Source of the DNA: a virus
Virus record (IMG/VR): IMGVR_UViG_3300006921_004083
Location: 59,783-123,782 of that record
Length of the DNA stretch: 64,000 nucleotides
Direction: 5' to 3' (one strand)
In this document: positions 39,249-48,048 of the stretch, piece after piece
Numbering within the stretch: position 1 is the stretch's first letter
Layout of the letters: each line of letters opens with the position of its first letter
Notes under the pieces: model-generated
What the model was told of the DNA's origin: nothing
Databases searched by the model: none
Seen by the model: the letters and a program-made list of their open reading frames with translations, nothing else
Program-made: the position numbers and the translations under genes

Positions 39249-40658
39249 ATGGCAATCAATACAGGATTTTTCAAACAAGTAGAGGATGGTTCCTCAGTAA
39301 TAAAACCAATAACAGTTCATACTAATAGTGTTACCAATAGTGGTACTGCTTGTAAATATTATGTGGCAGATAGGAGAAATTTAACTAACTCACAGAATAA
39401 TATATTCATGACGATGAACTTACCTCTTACACCTACTCAACAAACAGTATTTCAAGGAAATTTTGCAACAGGAACTAGTTATAATTTTTCGGGAACTAGT
39501 GGATTTAATCAAAATGTAATTATTTATACACCGATCACGGGAACAAGTTATGGGGAGTTAGTTGTAGGGCATTCTATACATATGAAAGTACCAGTTCAGT
39601 CAGCAGCGACAACATTTGGTCCTGTAGCAACCACTACTTGTGGAGTAATTCCTTGTGTACAAACACTAGATATATATGGGTCTTATGAATACCAAGGAGG
39701 ATACCAAAATAGTTTCGATAACTTAACATCGGAAAGTAGTATTAACGCGGTAGAGTACGGACAACCAATATATAATATCAATAACGAACTTACCAATTAT
39801 AACCCATATAAAAGTAATGTCGTATTCTTATTTTCAGATTTTGTAAGAAGACCAAATAATGACAGTTCAAAGTCTTGGGCAACACAATCAACAAATGCTT
39901 TAATAAACACTAATAAAGTTTTTAAGGACGGTAAAGATACGTTTAATTATGAATCACTTCCTTTAACAGGAAGAGATAAAATAGATGTTCCAGTTGGATT
40001 ATGTATGTTAGACGCTGGATTTTGTGCCATTACTCACCCTTACATAGTTAATATTATGGCATTAACTGCAGGGACTGTAACAGGAGCAGGTTGGGTAACA
40101 CCTTCTGATGGTACTTATTCAGGACCAGGGAATATACAATCTGATAATGGGGCTTCAGGAGATGCAGTAGGGGTGGCTTGGTCAAATGCGAATAGTGCAG
40201 ATGCGTATGGAGAAACTAACTTTTTACCTCTTTTACCTATTGGTGGTGCAACTGGGGTTTCCCCATGGGTACCAGGACCAATACTTCCGACAGGATGGAG
40301 CAATCAAGGAGATAGTGGAACACCATTTACTGCTGTTTATTTTACAGGTGGTACAACTAATGGGGGTACGGCAGACCAAATTACAGCAGTGTCAGCATCA
40401 ACTTCTTTTAGAACAGTTAGTACGGACTACATCCAAAGCATAACCTGTGTAGCGGAGGCGGGATCATGGGGAACCTCCACTAACCCAACATGGGTAGAGG
40501 AATATTCTGAATCTGGATCTAATAATGCGGGTGTGTATATAACTAAAATTGGACTATGGGACGATAATTATAATTTATTGGGAGTGGCGGTACCAGATGT
40601 ACCAATCTTAAAAACACAAACACAATATTTAACAGCAACCCTTAACTTAACTAGATAA
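39249..40658 (+). CDS. virion protein with the C-terminal collar-like half domain
   Basis: STNPTW...VYITKIGLWDDNYNLLGVAVPDVPILK, matching the C-terminus of the 34191 protein. Confidence 0.55.
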   Translation: MAINTGFFKQVEDGSSVIKPITVHTNSVTNSGTACKYYVADRRNLTNSQNNIFMTMNLPLTPTQQTVFQGNFATGTSYNFSGTSGFNQNVIIYTPITGTSYGELVVGHSIHMKVPVQSAATTFGPVATTTCGVIPCVQTLDIYGSYEYQGGYQNSFDNLTSESSINAVEYGQPIYNINNELTNYNPYKSNVVFLFSDFVRRPNNDSSKSWATQSTNALINTNKVFKDGKDTFNYESLPLTGRDKIDVPVGLCMLDAGFCAITHPYIVNIMALTAGTVTGAGWVTPSDGTYSGPGNIQSDNGASGDAVGVAWSNANSADAYGETNFLPLLPIGGATGVSPWVPGPILPTGWSNQGDSGTPFTAVYFTGGTTNGGTADQITAVSASTSFRTVSTDYIQSITCVAEAGSWGTSTNPTWVEEYSESGSNNAGVYITKIGLWDDNYNLLGVAVPDVPILKTQTQYLTATLNLTR

Positions 40659-40670
40659 TCTGCGTATATT
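40642..40670 (+). promoter_or_regulatory. sigma70-like promoter
   Basis: TTAACT-17 nt-TATATT at the boundary between the structural and DNA-metabolism modules. Confidence 0.4.
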
Positions 40671-40676
40671 GGTCCT

Positions 40677-41267
40677 ATGGAAAAAAAGAAAACTATATTA
40701 GGACTGGATATATCTACTAAAACTATTGGTGTGGCACTATTTGAAGAAGATGGTAACCTACTTGAGTTAACCCATATTTCACCAAGACCTAAACCAAAGG
40801 CAGAAAGTAAAATTGGTGAGTTAATTGGAAAAGCAGAAGCATTCAAAACATTTATAGGAAAGTACGAAAACCTAAATATTTCTAAAATTATCATAGAAGA
40901 ACCTTTATTAAGAAGTAACAATGTAAATACGGTAGGTACCCTACTAAGATACAATGGAATGGTGTCAAAAATATGTTTTGATGTTTTAGGAGTTATCCCA
41001 GTATACATATCAACATATAATTCCAGAAAATTCGCATTTCCTGAATTAATGGTTCCAAGAAAAAAAGGTTTGAAACCCGTTCTTTTTGGGGGTCACGACA
41101 CTAAGGCCGATAAAAAAATGATAATATGGGAAAAAGTAGCTTTACTCGAACCTCAAATTGTGTGGCTCTACACAAAAAACCAAACTCTTAAAAAAGAATC
41201 TTTTGATATGACAGACGCTTATGCATGTGTTTTAGGTCATATGAAACAAGAAGGACTCTGGTCTTAA
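40677..41267 (+). CDS. RuvC-like Holliday junction resolvase
   Basis: ILGLDISTKTIGVA, IIIEEP and DMTDAY RNase H-fold catalytic motifs. Confidence 0.8.
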   Translation: MEKKKTILGLDISTKTIGVALFEEDGNLLELTHISPRPKPKAESKIGELIGKAEAFKTFIGKYENLNISKIIIEEPLLRSNNVNTVGTLLRYNGMVSKICFDVLGVIPVYISTYNSRKFAFPELMVPRKKGLKPVLFGGHDTKADKKMIIWEKVALLEPQIVWLYTKNQTLKKESFDMTDAYACVLGHMKQEGLWS

Positions 41268-41296
41268 TTGACATAGTCACCACATATTCGTATCTT
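41268..41296 (+). promoter_or_regulatory. sigma70-like promoter before the primase
   Basis: TTGACA-17 nt-TATCTT. Confidence 0.6.
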
Positions 41297-41302
41297 TAAT
41301 TT

Positions 41303-42259
41303 ATGGTAAATGAATTCATAATTGATATCCTTGATGAAATCTTGGGAGAGAGAAGAAAATCTAACGAAGGTAAACAACAAGTTAGTTATGACTGTCCTGT
41401 ATGCTCAGAAGATATAAAAGGATTGAGTGAAGGTGATGGTAAGGGTAATTTTGAAATTAATTATCGTTTAGGTGTTTATAAGTGTTGGGCTTGTAGTGAG
41501 ACACATGGTACTCATGGAAGTTTAAGGAAGTTAATGAATATTTACGCACCAAAAAGAATAAAGGAAAGATATTTTTCTTTGGTTGATGGTAGCGATTTTG
41601 AATACTCTGAAGCTAATGTAGTAACAGAGAAGATAGGACTACCAAAAGAATATATAACCTTAAGTGGAGAAGTTAAGAAAGACTACCAAACTATAAAAGT
41701 AATAAGGTACCTTGAAAGTCGCGCCATAACTTCTGAGATTATTAAAAAACATAAGATCGGTTTTTGTAAGAGTGGTAAGTATTCCGGTAGGGTTATAATT
41801 CCTTCATACGACAAATATGGAGAGTTAAATTACTTCATAAGTAGAAGTTACGTTAATCATAAAATGAAATATCTTAATCCAGTCACCGCTAAAGAAGGAA
41901 TAATTTTTAATGAAGATAAGATAGACTGGAATAAAAATTTATTTTTAGTAGAAGGTGTATTCGATTCCCTGTTCATCCCCAACTCAATTCCCATGCTTGG
42001 AAAAGTTATGAGTGATAAATTATGGGAGGTGATATATAAAAAATTAACTAAAAAAATATTCATAGTTTTGGATTCTGATGCATGGAATGACTCAGTTAAG
42101 TTATATAAGAAATTAGATGGTGGTAAATTAAAAGAAAGAGTCTTTTTAACAAAGGTGCCAGAAAATACCGACGTGGCAGATATCGTTAAAAATTACGGAA
42201 TAAAAGAATTAAAGAAGATTTTATTATCTTCAGGTAGATTAAAAGAAAGTATGTTATAA
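41303..42259 (+). CDS. DNA primase (zinc-binding domain + TOPRIM)
   Basis: CPVC...CWAC zinc finger, GRVIIP, KYLNP, LVEGVFD, LDSDA, DVAD. Confidence 0.88.
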   Translation: MVNEFIIDILDEILGERRKSNEGKQQVSYDCPVCSEDIKGLSEGDGKGNFEINYRLGVYKCWACSETHGTHGSLRKLMNIYAPKRIKERYFSLVDGSDFEYSEANVVTEKIGLPKEYITLSGEVKKDYQTIKVIRYLESRAITSEIIKKHKIGFCKSGKYSGRVIIPSYDKYGELNYFISRSYVNHKMKYLNPVTAKEGIIFNEDKIDWNKNLFLVEGVFDSLFIPNSIPMLGKVMSDKLWEVIYKKLTKKIFIVLDSDAWNDSVKLYKKLDGGKLKERVFLTKVPENTDVADIVKNYGIKELKKILLSSGRLKESML

Positions 42260-43023
42260 TGGAAACAATAAGAGAACTAGCAAAATTTAATCATATTAAA
42301 TATTATGATAAACCTCACAAATATTATATTGATGGGGAGGAAATGATTTCGGCGACAACCTTTATAGGAAAATTTAAGGAAAAATTTGAAGAAGATTATT
42401 GGTCTAAGAGAAAGGCTAAAGAAAGGGGTATAACCCAAAAAGAAATATTGGCAGAGTGGAAACACAAAGCCTTAACATCAACAGAGAAAGGTACCGCCTT
42501 TCACGAATACGCGGAAAACTATCTAACTAATAGAATTTTTCCCTATCCAGAAAAACGAATTAACTCAGTTCTGGGAGAAGGTAATGATGTTAAAGAAAGA
42601 TTCGATAAACTGGTTAAGTTATTTGATAAATTCTATGAAGATTCATATGGTAGACTAATCCCAATTAGAGCTGAGTTGGTTGTTGGGGATAAGGAGTTAG
42701 GTATATGTGGGATGGTTGACCAATTATTCTTTAATGAAAAAAGTAACAAATTAGAAATATGGGACTGGAAAACAAATAAAAAGATAGATAAAAGTAATAG
42801 GTGGCAAAACTTCAAAGAACCAGTCTCACATCTAGATGTTTGTGAGCTTAACACATATTCTTTACAATTATCCCTATACAAATACATAATAGGGAGAAAT
42901 ACAAATATTGAACTCGGAGATTGTTACATTGTGTGGTTTAATGAAAAAAATGATAAGTATTTTCCAATAAAGTGTCATGATTACACAGAAGAGATAAAAT
43001 TAATGATAAAATCATCAAAATGA
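42259..43023 (+). CDS. PD-(D/E)XK exonuclease
   Basis: HKYY, SATTFI, GTAFHEYAE, CGMVDQL, IWDWKT, YSLQLSLY. Confidence 0.8.
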   Translation: METIRELAKFNHIKYYDKPHKYYIDGEEMISATTFIGKFKEKFEEDYWSKRKAKERGITQKEILAEWKHKALTSTEKGTAFHEYAENYLTNRIFPYPEKRINSVLGEGNDVKERFDKLVKLFDKFYEDSYGRLIPIRAELVVGDKELGICGMVDQLFFNEKSNKLEIWDWKTNKKIDKSNRWQNFKEPVSHLDVCELNTYSLQLSLYKYIIGRNTNIELGDCYIVWFNEKNDKYFPIKCHDYTEEIKLMIKSSK

Positions 43024-43829
43024 TAAAAGTAATATATCACATAGCGGATGTCCACATAAGACTTTTTAAGAGACACGAAGAATATCAAGATGTAATAAAC
43101 CAATTCTATAAAGAGGTTATGGGGGATATAGAAAAACGTAAATTAAAGCGAGAAGAAGTTAGAATTGCGATTGCTGGAGACTTAGTACATTCAAAGAATC
43201 AAATGACACCTGAATTAGTTAGTTTTGTAATTAAAATGATTAATGACTGCACTAAAATATGTAAAACAGTCATTATTTTAGGTAATCATGATTTTCTAGC
43301 CAATAATTTAGATAGAATGGATGCACTTTCCCCACTTATAGAATCGTTAGATAATGAAGATATACTATTTTATAAAGATACGGGATGTTATAAAGACAAT
43401 AATGTTGTTTGGTGTGTTTATTCACAAGTAACCGGATCAGATAGACCAGAAATAGAGAAATCAAAAGAAAAATATCCAGATAAAAAACATATTGGACTAT
43501 ATCATGACCCTATAGTTGGGTTAAAAACTGATGTAGGTTATGAATTTGAGGATGGACAAGAAGTTAGTATCTTTGAAGGTTTAGACTGGACATTGTGTGG
43601 GGATATCCATAAAAGAAAGGTACTAAAGGTTAATAAAAGACCAGTAATTATGGTCGGTTCCCTAATCCAACAAAATTTTGGTGAGAGTATAGGAAAACAT
43701 GGAATGTGCATCATAGATATAGAGAAGGATAAATATAAATTTAAGGATATACAAAACCAATGGGGGTTTTACACGTTCAAAATAAAGTCAATGGAAGACA
43801 TTGAAAACGAAAAAGAGAAATTACAATGA
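43020..43829 (+). CDS. Mre11/SbcD/gp47-like metallophosphoesterase nuclease
   Basis: HIADVH, AGDLVH, LGNHD, GLYH, CGDIH, GSLIQQNFGE. Confidence 0.88.
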   Translation: MIKVIYHIADVHIRLFKRHEEYQDVINQFYKEVMGDIEKRKLKREEVRIAIAGDLVHSKNQMTPELVSFVIKMINDCTKICKTVIILGNHDFLANNLDRMDALSPLIESLDNEDILFYKDTGCYKDNNVVWCVYSQVTGSDRPEIEKSKEKYPDKKHIGLYHDPIVGLKTDVGYEFEDGQEVSIFEGLDWTLCGDIHKRKVLKVNKRPVIMVGSLIQQNFGESIGKHGMCIIDIEKDKYKFKDIQNQWGFYTFKIKSMEDIENEKEKLQ

Positions 43830-44299
43830 AAATAGAAATACCATACAATACAAAGGAGGAATTTGAAAAGTATTGCGAACTCAATAAGATAGAAGATATA
43901 GAGGGGATGGCTTACAGATGTTTTACTACGGGGTTTAATATTGAAAAATATGGACCAACACCGATGGGACAAAAAGAGGTAGTAGAAAAGGTTGTTGAAG
44001 TAGAAAAAATAATAGAAAAAATAGTTGAGAAAGAAGTACCAATTACAGACGATAGTAAAATACAAGAATTTTTAACTGAAATTCAAAATCTAAAAGATAA
44101 ATATAGAAATTTAGAAGACATCACCCAAGACAAAGATACTAAGTTGTTAACGTTAAGTTCACAGACTGAATTTTACCAAACACAGATAAAAGGTTTACAA
44201 AAAGAAATTAATAAACAAAAGGAGGGTCCATTAAAAAAATTAATGAGAGGAGATTTCTTAAGAGGTTCCAAATTAAACAAAAAATTATACGATGAGTAA
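43826..44299 (+). CDS. coiled-coil protein with VEK repeats
   Basis: KEVVEKVVEVEKIIEKIVEKEVP followed by heptads; lies between the nuclease and the ATPase. Confidence 0.7.
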   Translation: MKIEIPYNTKEEFEKYCELNKIEDIEGMAYRCFTTGFNIEKYGPTPMGQKEVVEKVVEVEKIIEKIVEKEVPITDDSKIQEFLTEIQNLKDKYRNLEDITQDKDTKLLTLSSQTEFYQTQIKGLQKEINKQKEGPLKKLMRGDFLRGSKLNKKLYDE

Positions 44300-46637
44300 A
44301 GTTAGTGTCCCTAAAAATGCCCAGATTAGAGTTTTATGGGAGGATAAGGCAGAGAATTACACCCAACAAAAAAGAAAAAAAGTAGAATCTTACTTTAAGA
44401 ACAAATACGGGGTTAAAAAAGTAAATGTCATATTCAAACCTACTAAATTTAATGAAGTTACAGGTGAAGTAGAAATAGATATTTCTGAGAACATTATGGA
44501 CGACAATTACCAAAAGAAGTTATTTGCTTCTTGGTTAGGTTTAACTAATCATGAAGTAGAATGGGATAGATTATTGGCGTTAAATAAGAAAGTACAAGAA
44601 AAACTAGAACAAGAGAGGGATGTAGATTATAGACATCGTACTTGGAAAATAAAAAAAATAGAGTTTGATAATTTTCTTTCTTTTGGAGAAGGAAATGTAG
44701 TCGACTATCAAAAATTAAATGGTATTACAGTAGTTTCCTCTAATCCTCCTAATTTTGGGGGTAAAACTATTTTTTGTTTAGATCTTTTACTTTTTTTACT
44801 TTTTAATACTACTACTCGTACATCAAAAACAATAGAAATCTTTAATAGACATTCAGACAAGGATAGAGTAAGAGTTAAGGGATACCTAGTTATTGATAAC
44901 GAACAATACTCCATAGAAAGAGGGATAATACGAAAAAAAACAAAAAAAGGAGACTGGTCAGTAAAGACCGAATTAAGATTTGAGAAAATTATGAAAGATG
45001 GTACAGTCTTAAATCTAGAAGGGGAACAAAGAAGAGAAACAGATGAATTAATAAGAAAAAGTATTGGTACTTACGACGATTTTATGTCCACAATAATCTC
45101 AACAGCCTCGAATTTAGAAAATTTAATTGAAACAAAACCCACTGAAAGGGGAAAGATACTATCTAAGTTTATTGGATTGGAGATATTGGAAAATAAAGAA
45201 AAGATTGCTAAAGAGATGTATTCTAATTGGAATAAAACTCTTAAAATGAATGCCTATAACACCGAAGATCTAAAAAATGATAATAAAGTCTTAGAACAAG
45301 ACACACAAGGATTAGAAACAAGTAAAAGTCAAAGTGAAGAAAAATTAAATAATTTAGAAAGTATAATTAAACTAATAGATGAAGAAAAAGATGGATACAT
45401 CTCACAAAAGACTAAAATAGATGAAAATTTAACTAAAGTTAAACCAGAAGAAATTGAAGAGGAAATACAAAAAATTGAAAAAAAAGTAACAACAACTAAA
45501 GAACTATATAAAGACCGAGAAAAAGAAATAAAAGATATTGGGGGAACAAATTATGATATTGAGAGGTATTCATCTTTAATTAAAGAAGAAAAAGATATTG
45601 AGATAATATTAATTAAGATAGTCACAGAGATTAAAAATAAAGAAACACAAATTAAAAATTTAGAAAATAGTGAGTTTTGTCCAGTGTGTAAAAGAGCAAT
45701 GGAAGAAATTGATCATAGTAAGGAAATAGAAACACTTAATAAGGAAATTACGGTGTCGAAAGAGAAAAAAGAAAAAGAAAATAATAAATTACAAGAGACA
45801 CAAAAGGAATTAGAAAAAGAAAAAAAATTAAAGAGCAATTTTGATGAGGTAGAAAAAATTAAAATAACTTTAAGTCGCATAGAGATTGATTTGGAAAGGT
45901 GGGATCTAGAAATACTAAAAAAGAAAGAAGTAATAAAAAAATATAATTCTAACCTACAAGCCATTCAAAATAATATTTCTCTTGAGGAAAAAATTGTCGA
46001 TGCAAATTATAGAAAAAGTAAAAAATCTTTAGATCGAGATGAGGTAATGAGAAGTATAACAACCAACACCACTAAGATATCATATAATAAAAATCAAATC
46101 ACAAATAATGCGAAAATAATTGAAATTATTAAGAAAGAAGAGGAAATAGATAATGTGTTTAGAGTCTACATTCAAATGGTAGGGAAAAATGGGATAGGTA
46201 AAATTGTCATGAATAATATCATACCTTCTATTAATAATGAATTAGAGAGACTTTTAAGTGACACCACAGAATTTGATGTGATGTTAGAACTTAATGAAAA
46301 AAAGGAAGTTGAGTTTCATATGACAGATAGAAAAACTAATATAACTAAACCTTTATTCGCTGGTAGTGGATTCGAGAAAACTTTAGCTTCCTTAGCTCTA
46401 AGATGTGTATTAACTAGAATTAGTTGTTTACCAAAACCTAACGTTATCGTACTAGATGAGGTGTTAGGGAAGGTATCAAATGAGAACCTTGAAAGAGTAT
46501 CCCAGTTCTTTGGTAAAGTAAAAGATTATTTTCCAATAGTAATGTTAATAACACATAATGATATGGTAAAAGATTGGTCAGAAAAAATAATTACTATCAC
46601 TAAAAAAGAAAATATAAGTTCTCTTTGTAGGTTGTAA
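44292..46637 (+). CDS. Rad50/SbcC/gp46-like SMC ATPase with an N-terminal extension
   Basis: IEFDNFLSFG, Walker A NFGGKT, coiled coil with CPVC zinc hook, signature GSGFE, Walker B VLDE, LITH. Confidence 0.9.
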   Translation: MSKVSVPKNAQIRVLWEDKAENYTQQKRKKVESYFKNKYGVKKVNVIFKPTKFNEVTGEVEIDISENIMDDNYQKKLFASWLGLTNHEVEWDRLLALNKKVQEKLEQERDVDYRHRTWKIKKIEFDNFLSFGEGNVVDYQKLNGITVVSSNPPNFGGKTIFCLDLLLFLLFNTTTRTSKTIEIFNRHSDKDRVRVKGYLVIDNEQYSIERGIIRKKTKKGDWSVKTELRFEKIMKDGTVLNLEGEQRRETDELIRKSIGTYDDFMSTIISTASNLENLIETKPTERGKILSKFIGLEILENKEKIAKEMYSNWNKTLKMNAYNTEDLKNDNKVLEQDTQGLETSKSQSEEKLNNLESIIKLIDEEKDGYISQKTKIDENLTKVKPEEIEEEIQKIEKKVTTTKELYKDREKEIKDIGGTNYDIERYSSLIKEEKDIEIILIKIVTEIKNKETQIKNLENSEFCPVCKRAMEEIDHSKEIETLNKEITVSKEKKEKENNKLQETQKELEKEKKLKSNFDEVEKIKITLSRIEIDLERWDLEILKKKEVIKKYNSNLQAIQNNISLEEKIVDANYRKSKKSLDRDEVMRSITTNTTKISYNKNQITNNAKIIEIIKKEEEIDNVFRVYIQMVGKNGIGKIVMNNIIPSINNELERLLSDTTEFDVMLELNEKKEVEFHMTDRKTNITKPLFAGSGFEKTLASLALRCVLTRISCLPKPNVIVLDEVLGKVSNENLERVSQFFGKVKDYFPIVMLITHNDMVKDWSEKIITITKKENISSLCRL

Positions 46638-46654
46638 TTAAATCCCTATATTTG
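46624..46654 (+). promoter_or_regulatory. Bacteroidota housekeeping-type promoter (-33/-7)
   Basis: TTTG (46624-27), 19-nt spacer, TATATTTG (46647-54); matches TTTG-N19-21-TAnnTTTG. Confidence 0.7.
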
Positions 46655-46673
46655 TGGAATAAAATAAAATAAC

Positions 46674-47186
46674 ATGAAGAAATACATACTATTCATTTTT
46701 GGACTAACGGAAGAACAACTTATAGTTGAAACATTATCTGATTTAGAAAAGATAAGTGATGAAATAAAATTTTTTAGTGGTCCCACCTATAGTATTTATC
46801 ATTTCGAAAGTAAGGATAGTGTTGAAGAGATTAAACAAATTTTATTGGAGTATTTAGATGAAATGATAGAGTCATTTTTTGTATTCTCGTTAGAAGGAGA
46901 ACATGCGATAGAAATGGATGAACAACTAAAGGCTTATTTTTTAGATACTAAGTTTACTAATATCTCTGACGATCTAAAACTACGAAAAGAATATAAAGGA
47001 GAAAAAGATATCGGGATAATACCAATAAAAGAACTTTTGGAAGCTTATTTGAGTAAACTACCAAAACGAAAAATGACTGTTAATGAGATACTAGATAAAA
47101 TTTTAGAAAAAGGCATAGAGTCATTAACTCAGGAAGAGAGAGAATTTTTAGACAACCAAGATAAATTAATAGATGGAGAGAAATAA
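46674..47186 (+). CDS. hypothetical protein with a C-terminal DUF6576-like motif
   Basis: VNEILDKILEKGIESLTQEEREFL. Confidence 0.6.
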   Translation: MKKYILFIFGLTEEQLIVETLSDLEKISDEIKFFSGPTYSIYHFESKDSVEEIKQILLEYLDEMIESFFVFSLEGEHAIEMDEQLKAYFLDTKFTNISDDLKLRKEYKGEKDIGIIPIKELLEAYLSKLPKRKMTVNEILDKILEKGIESLTQEEREFLDNQDKLIDGEK

Positions 47187-48000
47187 AGTATATAATATAG
47201 ACGCAATCGATGGGTTACGTAAACTAGAGGATAATGTAGTGGATTTGGTTATTACGTCCCCTCCTTACGCAGACATGAAAAAATATGCGGACGGTAGTAA
47301 TGGAATACCAGTTAAACAATATGTTGCTTGGTTATTACCATTTATTGAGGAGATAAGTAGAGTACTAAAACCAACAGGGAGCTTTATATTAAATATAAAT
47401 GATAAAGTTAGTAACAAATTTAGAGACCCTTACGTATATGAACTAGTGTATAAGATAACATCTTCTACAGGACTAAAGTTATACGAAAGACTATTTTGGA
47501 ATAAAGGAAAAGGACTATCACACCCTAAGAGATTCGGAGATAAAATTGAATACATCTTTTGGTTTGCTAAAACAGATAAATTTACTATAAATATTGATGA
47601 GATGAGAGTTCCGTATAGTAAGTCCTCCCTTAAAAGATTCAATAAACCCATTAAGAAAAGATTTAATAGAACCGAAGGTGATGAAAAGATTGAGTATAAA
47701 GAGTGGGGACCAAATCCTAAGGGGGCTCTTCCATCAACACTAATAAACATCGGATCTGAATCTAAAAGAATTTCAGATAATCACATCGCTGTTTATCCGG
47801 AAGCACTAAGTGACTACTTTATAAAAGGTTCAACAAATGAAGGGGATTTAGTTATTGATCCATTTATGGGAAGTGGGACAACCGGAGTTTCAGCTAAAAA
47901 ACATAAAAGACATTGGATTGGTTTTGATAATATTGAAGAATATGTTAATTTTGCCAATCAAAGAATAAAAAACACAAAAATTAATGACAAAGTGTCATAA
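47173..48000 (+). CDS. beta-class N4-cytosine/N6-adenine DNA methyltransferase (orphan)
   Basis: DLVITSPPY precedes HIAVYP and DPFMGSGTT; no adjacent restriction endonuclease. Confidence 0.9.
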   Translation: MERNKVYNIDAIDGLRKLEDNVVDLVITSPPYADMKKYADGSNGIPVKQYVAWLLPFIEEISRVLKPTGSFILNINDKVSNKFRDPYVYELVYKITSSTGLKLYERLFWNKGKGLSHPKRFGDKIEYIFWFAKTDKFTINIDEMRVPYSKSSLKRFNKPIKKRFNRTEGDEKIEYKEWGPNPKGALPSTLINIGSESKRISDNHIAVYPEALSDYFIKGSTNEGDLVIDPFMGSGTTGVSAKKHKRHWIGFDNIEEYVNFANQRIKNTKINDKVS

Positions 48001-48048
48001 TATATAGTACGGCATACTATTTGAAGTATAATAATAAAAATAAAAATT

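Noticed and set aside
7374-40658. Bacterial extracellular contractile injection system or tailocin
   Set aside because: The module is flanked by a full phage replication and recombination gene set with no cellular housekeeping context; a phage tail module is the simpler explanation.
42259-43023. Cas4 / CRISPR adaptation gene
   Set aside because: It has a PD-(D/E)XK core but no clear four-Cys Fe-S pattern, and there is no cas1/cas2 or array; the context is recombination genes.
4051-47750. Many short - strand and nested ORFs in the track (e.g. 4051-4497, 10400-10753, 40568-41008, 47430-47750)
   Set aside because: They overlap well-supported + strand genes, have antisense-type Ser/Phe/Leu-rich composition and show no recognisable motifs.
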